Shown here: in pieces, positions 37,392 to 47,077 of the stretch
How positions within the stretch are numbered: the stretch's first letter is position 1
Layout of the letters: the number at the start of each line of letters is the position of its first letter
NCBI GenBank assembly: GCA_036309765.1
Contig: JAXJTE010000106.1
Span: 27,703-91,702 of the forward strand
DNA length: 64,000 nt
From: Caryophanon sp.
GTDB lineage: Bacteria > Bacillota > Bacilli > Bacillales_A > Planococcaceae
Reading direction: 5' to 3'
Notes under the pieces: generated by a model
Database searches by the model: none
What the model saw: only the letters and a program-made list of their open reading frames with translations
What the model was told of the DNA's origin: nothing
Made by a program: the position numbers and the translations under genes

Positions 37392-38417
37392 ATGGAAAAA
37401 CGTAGTTCACGCACGACGATGCATACATTTAATGGCGACTCGTTAACACCGATTTTATTATTCCGTCGCCTACAAGGAAGCGAAAAATTTTTATTAGAAA
37501 GCTCAGTAAAGCACGAAAACAGCGGACGCTACTCGTTCATCGGCAGCAACCCGCGCAAAACATATACAGGACGCGGCGAACGTTTAACGGAATATGTACG
37601 CGCAACGGACAAAACATATACACACGAAGGCAACTTACACGTCTTACTCAAGCGCTTAATGCCGCGTATTTCAAATGTGACGCATTTCCCATTTTCAGGA
37701 GGCGCAATTGGCTTCATTCAACACGACGAGCAACCGAGCGTTCATTTCCATATTTATGAGACGATTATTATTTTCGACCATATGACGGACGAGGTGACGA
37801 TCATTCATACAAACATCGACGCAGAAACGATTACGCCAAACATTGAAGAAATCGTCAATGATTTAACGAATGGCGACATCGTACCGCATCGTGATGAGTT
37901 CGAAACGTACCGTCAGCTGCGCAAGGAAAAGCCATCTGCGTACTTATATTACATCGAGTTCGCCGACGAAACCGTTTTTGGCACAGCGCCTGAGAGCTTT
38001 ATTAATGTGCAACAGCAGCACGTCCAAACGCACATCATTACAGGTGGCATCGCAAAAGGAAATAGCTACCGTGAAAATGCGGTGCTCATTCAAGATTTAC
38101 GCCAAGACGAAGCAATCATGAAGCTGCACGCAATCGAAATTGAAGCGCGTACAGAGCAGCTAAAAAAAGTAAGCACGGCCGCTTCAGTTCAGCTACTCAA
38201 GCATACTGCTGCACTGCATAGCTTTGATGCGATTCACTTGCACAGCGTATTGCAATCGGAGCTTTCACCAGTATTACACCCAATTGATGCGCTAACGACG
38301 TGCACGATGCAGCAACACGTTCATAACGCGCTCGGCTACATCGGCTTTAACGGACAGCTCGATTTTACAAATGCATTTGACGCAACGTTTTCAAAGCGAA
38401 CGGAGGAAACGACATGA
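37392..38417 (+). CDS. Anthranilate synthase component I-like protein, short and with degenerate motifs (possible pseudoenzyme or decaying trpE)
   Basis: 341 aa. The N-terminal TrpE pattern is kept (GDSLTPILLFRRLQG, FLLES, GRYSFIG, FSGGAIGF, KPSAYLYYIEF, GTAPE). The catalytic-domain hallmarks are substituted or missing (see findings). ATGA overlap with trpD. AAAGGGAG RBS. Confidence 0.7.
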   Translation: MEKRSSRTTMHTFNGDSLTPILLFRRLQGSEKFLLESSVKHENSGRYSFIGSNPRKTYTGRGERLTEYVRATDKTYTHEGNLHVLLKRLMPRISNVTHFPFSGGAIGFIQHDEQPSVHFHIYETIIIFDHMTDEVTIIHTNIDAETITPNIEEIVNDLTNGDIVPHRDEFETYRQLRKEKPSAYLYYIEFADETVFGTAPESFINVQQQHVQTHIITGGIAKGNSYRENAVLIQDLRQDEAIMKLHAIEIEARTEQLKKVSTAASVQLLKHTAALHSFDAIHLHSVLQSELSPVLHPIDALTTCTMQQHVHNALGYIGFNGQLDFTNAFDATFSKRTEETT

Positions 38418-39451
38418 CATTACAGCACTTCACACAAAACGTGTTAGCAGGCGAGCATTTACTATTTAACGATATGCTCATTGCGGCGGAGCTTTTATTT
38501 AATGAAGAAACACCAGCAGACGACATCGCCGCATTTTTAGTGGCGCTATCACAAAAAGGTGAAACGGCACACGAAGTTGCAGCACTGGCGACGGTCATGA
38601 AATCGTACGCGCTACAAGTGGACGCACCGGCTGGCATTTACATCGATAACTGCGGTACAGGTGGCGACGGGCTTGATACGTTCAACATTAGTACGACGAG
38701 CGCATTCGTGTTAGCTGGTGGTGGCATTTCGATCGCCAAGCACGGCAACCGTAAAATTTCGTCAAAATCAGGCAGTTCCGACGTATTAGAAGCACTAGGC
38801 ATTCATACGTTCGCTACAGTCGAAGAAACACTCACATTACTTGAGCAAGAAGGCATCACATTTTTATATGCACCGAGCGTTCACCCGAAACTAAAGCGTC
38901 TTGGCGAAATTCGCCGCGCAATCGGCAAGCCAACGATTTTCAACTTAGTTGGACCACTGACAAATCCAGTGCCACTAAAGACGCAATTTGTCGGCATTAA
39001 CCGCCCGAACTTCGTCATGGAATACGCGTCAGTGCTACAAATGCTCGGACGTGATCGCGCTGTCGTTGTGTCAGGTACACGCGGCATGGACGAAGCATCA
39101 CTCGAGGGGCAAAACACGTTCGTACTCGTCGATAACGGCGACCTTATTCCGTTTGCGTTACGCGCAGAAGATGCAGGCTTACCGGAAACGCCGCTTGAAG
39201 CGATTCGCGGTGGCGACGCACAAGAAAACGCACAAATTTTACGCGACTTATTAAACGGCAAGCAGTCGCCTTACTTCGATACCGTATTACTCAATAGCGG
39301 CATCGGCTTCTTTGCTTACGGACATGCCGCAAGCGTAAAAGAAGGTGTCGAAATGGCGCGCGACAGCATTTTATCCGGACGCGCAAACGATAAATTACAA
39401 GCAGTCATCGCATTTAGTGAAAAAATTAAAAAAGAAGGTGCTCGTTCATGA
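38414..39451 (+). CDS. trpD: Anthranilate phosphoribosyltransferase
   Basis: CGTGGDG, KHGNRKISSKSGSSDVLEALG motifs. 345 aa. Confidence 0.93.
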   Translation: MTLQHFTQNVLAGEHLLFNDMLIAAELLFNEETPADDIAAFLVALSQKGETAHEVAALATVMKSYALQVDAPAGIYIDNCGTGGDGLDTFNISTTSAFVLAGGGISIAKHGNRKISSKSGSSDVLEALGIHTFATVEETLTLLEQEGITFLYAPSVHPKLKRLGEIRRAIGKPTIFNLVGPLTNPVPLKTQFVGINRPNFVMEYASVLQMLGRDRAVVVSGTRGMDEASLEGQNTFVLVDNGDLIPFALRAEDAGLPETPLEAIRGGDAQENAQILRDLLNGKQSPYFDTVLLNSGIGFFAYGHAASVKEGVEMARDSILSGRANDKLQAVIAFSEKIKKEGARS

Positions 39452-40233
39452 CGATTTTAACGGAAATTTTAGCACAAAAAGCAGTGGAGCTTGTCGCATT
39501 AAAAGCGCAAGCGCCAACAGAAGTAGCAGTCGAAAAAAAGCGTCCATCATTGTTTGAAGCGCTTCGCAGCAGCACACACGTACAAGTAATCGCCGAAATG
39601 AAGCGTGCATCACCGTCAAAAGGCTTAATCGCTGAAGGGGCAAACCCTGTCGCACAAGCAAGCGCATACGAACAAGCTGGCGCTGCATGCGTATCCGTAT
39701 TAACGGACGAAAAATATTTCAAAGGCTCATTTGCGGACTTAAAAAATGTCGCAAACGCGATCGACATTCCACTGCTTTGTAAAGATTTCGTCATTGATGA
39801 AGTGCAAATCGATTACGCCAAGGCGGCCGGTGCATCAGTCGTATTACTGATCGTCGCAGCATTAAACGACGAGCAGCTAGACCGTCTACACCGCTACGCA
39901 ACGAGCTTATCACTTGATGTATTAGTCGAAACACATAACGTCGAGGAACTACAGCGTGCACTTGCAATCGGTGCGAAAATTATCGGCGTGAACAACCGTA
40001 ACTTACACGACTTCTCAATTGACTTAGCGCATACAGAAGAAATCGCGAATGCGTTCCCGTTTAGCGACGAGCGCGTATTCATTAGCGAAAGCGGTATTTG
40101 GACGAGCGAGGATGCGGCACGTGTTGCAAAAGCGGGCGCACGTGCTGTACTTGTCGGTGAATCGTTAATGAAGAGCGATTCGGTGCAAGGAGCGATTCAT
40201 TCATTACGCGTACCACTAGGAGTAACGCAATGA
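39448..40233 (+). CDS. trpC: Indole-3-glycerol phosphate synthase
   Basis: IAEMKRASPSKG, LTDEKYFKGS, CKDFVIDEVQI motifs. ATGA coupling. Confidence 0.93.
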   Translation: MTILTEILAQKAVELVALKAQAPTEVAVEKKRPSLFEALRSSTHVQVIAEMKRASPSKGLIAEGANPVAQASAYEQAGAACVSVLTDEKYFKGSFADLKNVANAIDIPLLCKDFVIDEVQIDYAKAAGASVVLLIVAALNDEQLDRLHRYATSLSLDVLVETHNVEELQRALAIGAKIIGVNNRNLHDFSIDLAHTEEIANAFPFSDERVFISESGIWTSEDAARVAKAGARAVLVGESLMKSDSVQGAIHSLRVPLGVTQ

Positions 40234-40844
40234 CACACGTAAAAATTTGCGGGCTACGCACAAAGGAACACGTCGACGTGGCGGTACAAAACGGTGCTGA
40301 TTTCATCGGCTTCGTCTTTGCAAAAAGCAGCCGTGAAGTGACGATGGAGCAAGCTGCTTCCCTTGCCGCACACATTCCACCGCACGTAAAAAAAGTCGGC
40401 GTATTCGTCAACGAAACAGCAGCACGCATTCACGAAATCGCCAAAGCTGTGCCGCTTGATTACATTCAATATCACGGCGACGAGCCACAATCATTTATCG
40501 ATAAAGTCGGCTTGCCTGCCATTAAAGCATTTTCAATCAAAACAGCAGACGACGTAAAAGCAGCCGCTGCCTATAACGTCGGTTACTATTTATTCGACGC
40601 ACCGGGAACAGACTTCCGCGGTGGTAGTGGGCATACGTTTGATTGGTCGCTATTACAGCACGCAGGCATCTCATGCGATAACGTGATCGTTGCAGGTGGA
40701 CTGCATGCGGATAACGTAGCGGACGCCATCACACAAGTGCAACCGTTTGGCGTAGACGTATCAAGCGGTGTCGAAACAGATAAACAAAAGGATTCCGGGA
40801 AAATTCGTGCCTTTTTACAGGCCGCAAAAGGAGTAACACAATGA
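40230..40844 (+). CDS. trpF: Phosphoribosylanthranilate isomerase
   Basis: VKICGL N-terminus, GFVFA, LFDAPG...[12 protein letters not shown]...NV pattern. 204 aa. Confidence 0.9.
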   Translation: MTHVKICGLRTKEHVDVAVQNGADFIGFVFAKSSREVTMEQAASLAAHIPPHVKKVGVFVNETAARIHEIAKAVPLDYIQYHGDEPQSFIDKVGLPAIKAFSIKTADDVKAAAAYNVGYYLFDAPGTDFRGGSGHTFDWSLLQHAGISCDNVIVAGGLHADNVADAITQVQPFGVDVSSGVETDKQKDSGKIRAFLQAAKGVTQ

Positions 40845-42034
40845 CAGCAACAGATAAAAAAGGCTACTATGGTCGCTTCGGTGGACAGTTCGTGCCTGAA
40901 ACATTAATGACAGCATTACAGGAACTTGAGGACGCATACGAAGTCGCAAAAAACGACGACGCATTCCAAGAGGAGTTAGCCTATTACTTACGTGAATATG
41001 TTGGACGTTCAACGCCACTTTATTATGCAGAAGGGTTAACGAAGGAGCTTGGCGGTGCGAAAATTTATTTAAAGCGCGAAGATTTAAACCATACAGGCGC
41101 ACACAAAATTAATAACGCAATCGGTCAGGCGTTACTGGCAAAGCGCATGGGCAAAAAGAAAATCGTTGCCGAAACAGGCGCAGGTCAGCACGGTGTTGCA
41201 ACAGCGACTGCGTGTGCCCTACTTAACTTAGAGTGCGTCGTGTTCATGGGCGCTGAGGACGTTCGCCGCCAGCAGCTAAACGTATTCCGCATGGAGCTGC
41301 TCGGTACGAAAGTCATTCCAGTCGAAAAAGGCTCAGCAACATTAAAAGACGCGGTAAATGAAGCGCTGCGCTACTGGGTAACGAACATTGACGATACGCA
41401 CTACATTTTAGGTTCGGCGCTTGGTCCACACCCGTTCCCATTAATCGTGCGTGATTTCCAGCGCATTATCGGCGACGAAACGAAGGCGCAAATGCTTGAA
41501 AAAGAAAACCGCCTACCGAACGCAGTCGTTGCATGTATCGGTGGCGGCAGTAACGCAATCGGCATGTTCTACCCGTTCGTTGACGATGCAGACGTTGCGA
41601 TGTACGGCGTTGAAGCAGCAGGTCATGGCGTTGATACGAACAAGCACGCAGCTGCAATTCACGATGGCAAAGTCGGCGTATTACACGGGGCGCTTATGTA
41701 TTTAATGCAAGACGACAACGGCTTCATTCAAGAAGCACACTCAATCTCCGCAGGGCTTGATTACCCTGGTGTCGGGCCGGAGCATTGCTACTTAGCCGAT
41801 ATTGGTCGCGTGCAATACCCTCATATTACCGACGCAGAAGCACTTGAAGGCGTGAAGCTGCTTTGTAAAACGGAAGGTATTTTACCAGCGTTAGAAAGTG
41901 CGCATGCGATTGCGTACGTATCAAAGCTTGCGAAGGAATATAAAGAAGATGACATCATCGTCGTTTGCTTATCAGGTCGCGGTGACAAAGACGTGCACAC
42001 ATTAATCGACGCATTAGGAGGAAGCCAATCATGA
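40841..42034 (+). CDS. trpB: Tryptophan synthase beta chain
   Basis: [22 protein letters not shown] (PLP lysine), GGGSNAIG. 397 aa. Confidence 0.96.
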   Translation: MTATDKKGYYGRFGGQFVPETLMTALQELEDAYEVAKNDDAFQEELAYYLREYVGRSTPLYYAEGLTKELGGAKIYLKREDLNHTGAHKINNAIGQALLAKRMGKKKIVAETGAGQHGVATATACALLNLECVVFMGAEDVRRQQLNVFRMELLGTKVIPVEKGSATLKDAVNEALRYWVTNIDDTHYILGSALGPHPFPLIVRDFQRIIGDETKAQMLEKENRLPNAVVACIGGGSNAIGMFYPFVDDADVAMYGVEAAGHGVDTNKHAAAIHDGKVGVLHGALMYLMQDDNGFIQEAHSISAGLDYPGVGPEHCYLADIGRVQYPHITDAEALEGVKLLCKTEGILPALESAHAIAYVSKLAKEYKEDDIIVVCLSGRGDKDVHTLIDALGGSQS

Positions 42035-42810
42035 GCACATTAACAGCAGCAATCGAAAGCGTACAAGCAGCCGGCAACAAGGCGTTCGTACCGTACATTA
42101 TGGCTGGTGATGGCGGCTTACAAACGCTTCGCCCGACAATTTTACGTCTGCAACAAATTGGCGTAACGGCAATCGAAGTCGGCATTCCGTTTACAGACCC
42201 AGTAGCGGACGGCCCGACAATTGAGGAAGCTGGCTACCGCGCATTAAAGCACGGTGCAACTCTTCGCACAGTATTACAAGAACTTGCCTCATTCCGCGAC
42301 GATATTACCGTACCACTTGTCGCAATGACATATTTAAACCCAATTTTAGCGTACGGTGCAGAGGCATTCGCAAAAGACGCAAAAGCAGCGGGCATTGAAG
42401 GGATTATCGTGCCAGACATGCCGCTAGAAGAAAGCGACATTATTCACAGCGCACTTCGCAGCGAGCAAGTCGATTTAATTCAACTCGTATCACTTACAAG
42501 CTCCCCTGAACGCATCGCAAAACTAACAGCGGCGAGCGAAGGCTTCGTTTATGCGGTAACGGTCAACGGCATTACAGGTGCGCGCCAAGCATTCCAAGAA
42601 GAATTACAGCACCATTTCGCACAGCTAGCAACGTATACGAAAACACCAATTTTAGCAGGCTTCGGTATTTCTACGCCAGAGCACGTGCAAGCATTAGGTG
42701 CAATTAGTAGCGGTGTGATCGTCGGCAGTAAAATCGTTGACGCATTAACGCGCGATGATTGGTCATCAATTGAGGCACTCGTAGCCGCAACGAAAGCTGG
42801 TAAACAATAA
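42031..42810 (+). CDS. trpA: Tryptophan synthase alpha chain
   Basis: [18 protein letters not shown] and GFGIS motifs. 259 aa. Confidence 0.93.
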   Translation: MSTLTAAIESVQAAGNKAFVPYIMAGDGGLQTLRPTILRLQQIGVTAIEVGIPFTDPVADGPTIEEAGYRALKHGATLRTVLQELASFRDDITVPLVAMTYLNPILAYGAEAFAKDAKAAGIEGIIVPDMPLEESDIIHSALRSEQVDLIQLVSLTSSPERIAKLTAASEGFVYAVTVNGITGARQAFQEELQHHFAQLATYTKTPILAGFGISTPEHVQALGAISSGVIVGSKIVDALTRDDWSSIEALVAATKAGKQ

Positions 42811-42853
42811 AAAAAGCCTATTCAAAGCATTCTCGCTTTGAATAGGCTTTTTT
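42811..42853. terminator. Bidirectional terminator after trpA and the SLH gene
   Basis: AAAAAGCCTATTCAAAGCATTCTCGCTTTGAATAGGCTTTTTT. Confidence 0.85.
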
Positions 42854-42855
42854 GG

Positions 42856-44007
42856 TTAATGCACTAATTTAATACGAATTAACTCGCGCTGTACTTGACC
42901 GTCAGCAGTTAATTTTAAAATTTCACCGAACTCGTTCGCATAATATGTCTGCATCTTTTTATTGTTTTCAATTGATTCTACTACGTAAACATTTTTAAAC
43001 GTCGATGCTTTTGTTGTATGTGTCGCTTTAATCGCTATTAGCTTGTATGAAGTGCCTTTATGCTCCCATGTGCTACCGATTTCTGCGTTATACGGTAGCT
43101 GGTATACGTGCCCACCGACAGAAGTTGCTGCTTGCGGTAATGTATATTCGAAGTTATTCGTCGTGTTGCGCGTTTGGAATTTGTATGTCGCCTTTCTCGC
43201 TACATTCATTTCCCAAAGCATCCAACCATCGCCGTTTTTGCCCATTGCTTTCATTTCTTCATTATGCCACTGATCGCCACCTGCAATTGTACGTGTTGAG
43301 TATGTGTAAATGTAGTTTTCATTAAAGTTAAAGCTTACTGTTCCAAGAGGTTTTTTCGACGCTGACGTTGTTGAATCATTGAAAACTCCCGATGCATCGT
43401 TTTTCTTTACGAACGTTGGGTCTAATGCGCGTGCTAAAAAACTTGAGAATTGTGCGCGTGTTAATGATGCAGCTGGGCGGAATGTTCCGTCCTCGTAACC
43501 GATCGTAATGCCGTTCGTCGCTAATGCATCAATATATTTATATGCCCAGTATTGGCTGTTTACATCGTTGAATGATACGCTGCCATCGCCTTTTAAACCG
43601 AATGCATTCGTAATCGCGCGTGCCATTTCACCGCGTGTAATTGCTGCGTACGGTTTGAACTCGCCACCTGGCATGAAGCCTGCGTTCACTACCGCAGCGA
43701 TTTCTTTATATGAAGTGTGTGTTGTTGGTACATCTGGTAAGTTTGGGTTTTTTACATTTGTTAAATCTAATTTTAATGCACGTGCTAACATCGTTGCGAC
43801 ATTGGCTTTCGTTACTTCTTTCTGTGGCTTAAACGTCCCATCTTGGAAGCCTTTAATAACACCTTTATCTACTAAATATTCGATTTCTTGTTTTGCTCCG
43901 TGCTTTGTTGATACATCTGTAAATGAGGCTGCTGATGTTACGTTTGGAAATACAGCGAGCATCATTGTAAATGCAGCAATTCGCCCAATCGTTTTCATTC
44001 GTTTCAC
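42856..44007 (-). CDS. Secreted S-layer-homology (SLH) domain protein with an uncharacterised C-terminal domain
   Basis: Signal peptide (MKTIGRIAAFTMMLAVFPNVTSA). Three SLH repeats (FTDV...GVIKGFQDGTFKP...ATMLARAL; FMPGGEFKP...ITRGEMARAI; FNDV...GITIGYEDGTFRP...LTRAQFSSFLARAL). Start chosen at the GTG at 44007 after GGAGAGGTG. The ATG at 43998 is an alternative, and the ORF-track start at 44091 is rejected. Confidence 0.8.
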   Translation of the reverse strand: MKRMKTIGRIAAFTMMLAVFPNVTSAASFTDVSTKHGAKQEIEYLVDKGVIKGFQDGTFKPQKEVTKANVATMLARALKLDLTNVKNPNLPDVPTTHTSYKEIAAVVNAGFMPGGEFKPYAAITRGEMARAITNAFGLKGDGSVSFNDVNSQYWAYKYIDALATNGITIGYEDGTFRPAASLTRAQFSSFLARALDPTFVKKNDASGVFNDSTTSASKKPLGTVSFNFNENYIYTYSTRTIAGGDQWHNEEMKAMGKNGDGWMLWEMNVARKATYKFQTRNTTNNFEYTLPQAATSVGGHVYQLPYNAEIGSTWEHKGTSYKLIAIKATHTTKASTFKNVYVVESIENNKKMQTYYANEFGEILKLTADGQVQRELIRIKLVH

Positions 44008-44091
44008 TTTGCATTCACCTCTCCCGTCATCCTTTTTATTTATTATAGCAAATAAAATAGATATTTTTACCCACTTTTTAAAAAAGAGCAA

Positions 44092-45030
44092 ATAGTCTCG
44101 TAACTAACAGCAATTATACGCAAAAGTAATAAAAGACTTTAGAACTAACGGTGATAAAAAACGGATATTTTAACATCATTTTAACATTTTTAAGTTTAAC
44201 ATATGAATGTGCAGCTTTTATTTATTACTTTCTTATTTATTTCTATTGTATTCAATATTTCATATTTATAAGGTAAATTCCCATAATAAAATACCATTAT
44301 TTTACTAAAAATATTTTACTTACATTATTCACATATGATTTCTGCATAAATTGAAACATCTGACCTACTCCAATAGGCATTGTTTTCAACATCATCCTTT
44401 GTTTCGTTTGTAAAATAATAAACAGACTTTCATTCAATTCACATGCTGACTAGCTAAATGATGGTGCTACTTGCTGTGCAATGTGATACGTTCTAGCTTT
44501 TACACGATGCTTCACTGAAAATATTAGTTGTACGCTCAGCTCATTACATTTGAACTAAAAAATACCAACTCTTCCCTTTATGTTTATTTTTATATATCAA
44601 AATAATAATATCCCGGATTTTCAAGGCATACCTATCGACAGAAGCATCTGCTTTACACTAATAAATCATCGACAAATCGAGCAATTGTTAGCACTGAACA
44701 TTACATAGTGCTAACAATGTTGCGATTTAATTACATATATTATCGCGCCAACACTGGATGAATGAAAATCAAAAATACAATAACGATTTTATATTTGTGT
44801 ATTTTTTCACACATACTTCACACATTCATTTGACGAACATAATCGTCGTAAGTGAGTGATATTTTTTTGTGATATGTGATTATATTTTGTTTTTCTATGA
44901 CTGGCATTGTTACCGGTTTCATATCCATTAAAACAGAATTTTCTGTCTTTATTAACACATATCTTGTATGACACTTAAACTAAAAAAAACTACTAGAAGA
45001 AACAGAGCTGCTTCCTCTACTAGCTTGGCG
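44092..45030. other. About 0.94 kb AT-rich tract with no ORF of 60 codons or more in any frame
   Basis: The ORF track is empty here. It contains a perfect 12-bp inverted repeat, ATTGTTAGCACT (44684-44695) / AGTGCTAACAAT (44707-44718). Confidence 0.7.
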
Positions 45031-46086
45031 TTACTGTATAAGTGCGGTTTCAGTCATGTAACGTAACAGCTTGTCCTCGTGCTGCTCCAACACATGAAAA
45101 ATCGCTCCGTGCAGCGGTGTCGTTTGATGATGCGCATTTTTCATTATTTTAGAGACGCGCTCTGTTTGTTCCTTGTTGTACGTGTGCCCCTCGAATAAAA
45201 AATATGGCAGCAACGTACATTTTTGAAGCGTCATGCCATAGTCGAAAAAAACATTCATTAAGCCACAACGCTCAGTTGGCGAAAACAACGCCCCACGTGT
45301 AATCCGCTCATTGATTTGCTTGAACGCCGCTTCACTTTCTGCACTGTGACCGTATAGCAGCTGTTTCTCAATGACCGTCGTGCGCATTGAACTCAGCAGC
45401 CCACTATGTGATAGCTCGACCTCCACTTCGACCTCTTGCTGCGGTACTGTAAACTGCCACACATGCGTTTGATGCTCCTTCGTCAGCAGCTCGTACTCGT
45501 ATAGCGTGACAGAAATCGTTTCTTGACGGTCTTTAATCGAACGACGCACAAACGGCGCAAATAGCTTTGTCGTTTGCTGAGCTTCAATAATGGCATCACC
45601 GTTTGACGCGATGTAAAGCTTGCGCAGTGCCTCAGCATCGCTTAACGCACGGTGCTGCACTTCATGCTGTACGTCATATTGTGCGAGCAATGCGACGAGT
45701 GAAGGCTTGCGCAGCTCATTTAAATGCACCATGAGCTTTTCTTGGTAATCAATGAGTCGGCTGCTTGCGACCAACTCGCTCCAAAAACGATTCGCATAAA
45801 AAATTTCACGATCTTGTGAGCTGAAAAAAATAAATGTTGGCGCTTCACCTGCAAATTCGATAAACTGCTCAGATACGTCTTTATATAGCGGGGCTTGCTG
45901 TAAATGTTCACGCTGAATACGCGTAAAGTCGAGCACCTCTGCTTGAATTCCTTTTTGGCGTACGAGCGAGCTAAATGTAGCGACCTCACCGTTATGTATA
46001 CGCACTGCTCCAATTTCAATAAGCTTGAGTGGTATGCCGCGCTCCGCTTGAAATTCGAAATCAACAAAAATCGTTGCTCCGTTCAT
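45031..46086 (-). CDS. DEDDh 3'-5' exonuclease (DnaQ/KapD-like) fused to a C-terminal CbiX-like region
   Basis: Exo motifs FVDFEF (DxE), SSQD and HRALSDAEAL (Hx4D) in the N-terminal ~170 aa. The C-terminal ~170 aa carries LLYGHSAES and LLPYFLFEGHTY, reminiscent of CbiX/SirB GHGS and PxFLxxGxH. Confidence 0.7.
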   Translation of the reverse strand: MNGATIFVDFEFQAERGIPLKLIEIGAVRIHNGEVATFSSLVRQKGIQAEVLDFTRIQREHLQQAPLYKDVSEQFIEFAGEAPTFIFFSSQDREIFYANRFWSELVASSRLIDYQEKLMVHLNELRKPSLVALLAQYDVQHEVQHRALSDAEALRKLYIASNGDAIIEAQQTTKLFAPFVRRSIKDRQETISVTLYEYELLTKEHQTHVWQFTVPQQEVEVEVELSHSGLLSSMRTTVIEKQLLYGHSAESEAAFKQINERITRGALFSPTERCGLMNVFFDYGMTLQKCTLLPYFLFEGHTYNKEQTERVSKIMKNAHHQTTPLHGAIFHVLEQHEDKLLRYMTETALIQ

Positions 46087-46197
46087 ATCATCACCTCTCC
46101 TCTATTATAATTTATTTGGAAAATGATAGAAAACAAAATGTCGCAAAAAAATCACTCGAAACAATGCCGCTTCGAATGATTTTGTTCCATTATTTCA

Positions 46198-46992
46198 TTA
46201 CTTCACCGCTACAACACCTTCATATAAGCTTGGTCGGCGGTCGTCGTACACAGGAATGCGTGTGCGAACTTCATCCACTACTGAGAAATCAATGTCAACA
46301 ATCGCAAGCTCCTCGTCCTCTCCACCAACCCAAAGCACATCACCCCACGGCTCAATAATCATTGACTGCCCGTTGAAGTTTTCCTTTTTGTTGGCGATGC
46401 GGTTAATCGCAATAACGAAGCATTGGTTTTCAATCGCGCGTGCTTGTAGTAACGTCTTCCAATGATCAATACGCGGCGTCGGCCATTGTGCAGAAACGAA
46501 CAACACTTTCGCACCAGCTAATGCGTGCGCACGAAGCCATTCTGGGAATCGAATGTCGTAGCAAATAACACCAGCTGCTTCAATGTCGCCAAGTGCAAAG
46601 CGGTTCATGTCGCCGCCTGCTTGTAAATGCAAATGCTCGTCCATTAAGCGGAATAAATGTGCTTTGTTGTACTTACCAACTTGCTCGCCTTCTTTATTGT
46701 ATGTATACATCGTGTTGTAAAAGCCATCCTGCTCCTTCGTCGATACCGAGCCGCCGACGATGTGTACGCCAAGCTCCTTCGATAACGCTGCTAAAAAGCT
46801 TTGTGTACGTGTACCATGCTCGTCCGCTAGCTCCTCTAACTTTTCAAGCGCATAGCCTGAGTTCCACATCTCCGGCAGCACGATAATTTCTGCGCCTTGC
46901 TCTGCTGCTTGACGAATAAGCGCCTCTGCACGCTCATAATTTTGCTCTACTTTGCCAAACCCCATATTCATTTGAATACATCCAATTTTCAT
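46198..46992 (-). CDS. Carbon-nitrogen hydrolase (nitrilase superfamily; omega-amidase MtnU-like)
   Basis: E-K-C triad context LPEMW, YNKAHLF, GVICYDIRFPE. Divergent from an MtnE-like aminotransferase, as ykrU/ykrV is in B. subtilis. Start at the ATG at 46992 after AGGTGG. Confidence 0.8.
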   Translation of the reverse strand: MKIGCIQMNMGFGKVEQNYERAEALIRQAAEQGAEIIVLPEMWNSGYALEKLEELADEHGTRTQSFLAALSKELGVHIVGGSVSTKEQDGFYNTMYTYNKEGEQVGKYNKAHLFRLMDEHLHLQAGGDMNRFALGDIEAAGVICYDIRFPEWLRAHALAGAKVLFVSAQWPTPRIDHWKTLLQARAIENQCFVIAINRIANKKENFNGQSMIIEPWGDVLWVGGEDEELAIVDIDFSVVDEVRTRIPVYDDRRPSLYEGVVAVK

Positions 46993-47077
46993 ATTGTGCA
47001 CCACCTAGACTTTTTGTATGAAAAATACTATCATTAACTTTATTATTTTCATTATATTCGGAAAAAGAGGAAAACGC

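Noticed and set aside
37392-38417. Interpreting the short TrpE-like ORF as a different chorismate-utilising enzyme (PabB, or isochorismate or salicylate synthase).
   Set aside because: All those enzymes share the same C-terminal catalytic motifs that are missing here. The gene also sits in the trpE slot of a T-box(Trp) operon, coupled to trpD.
44203-44271. 22-codon hydrophobic ORF (MNVQLLFITFLFISIVFNISYL) in the AT-rich tract, considered as a type I toxin.
   Set aside because: There is no Shine-Dalgarno sequence, and no obvious antisense promoter or terminator pair. Hydrophobic F/I/L-rich peptides arise by chance in AT-rich DNA.
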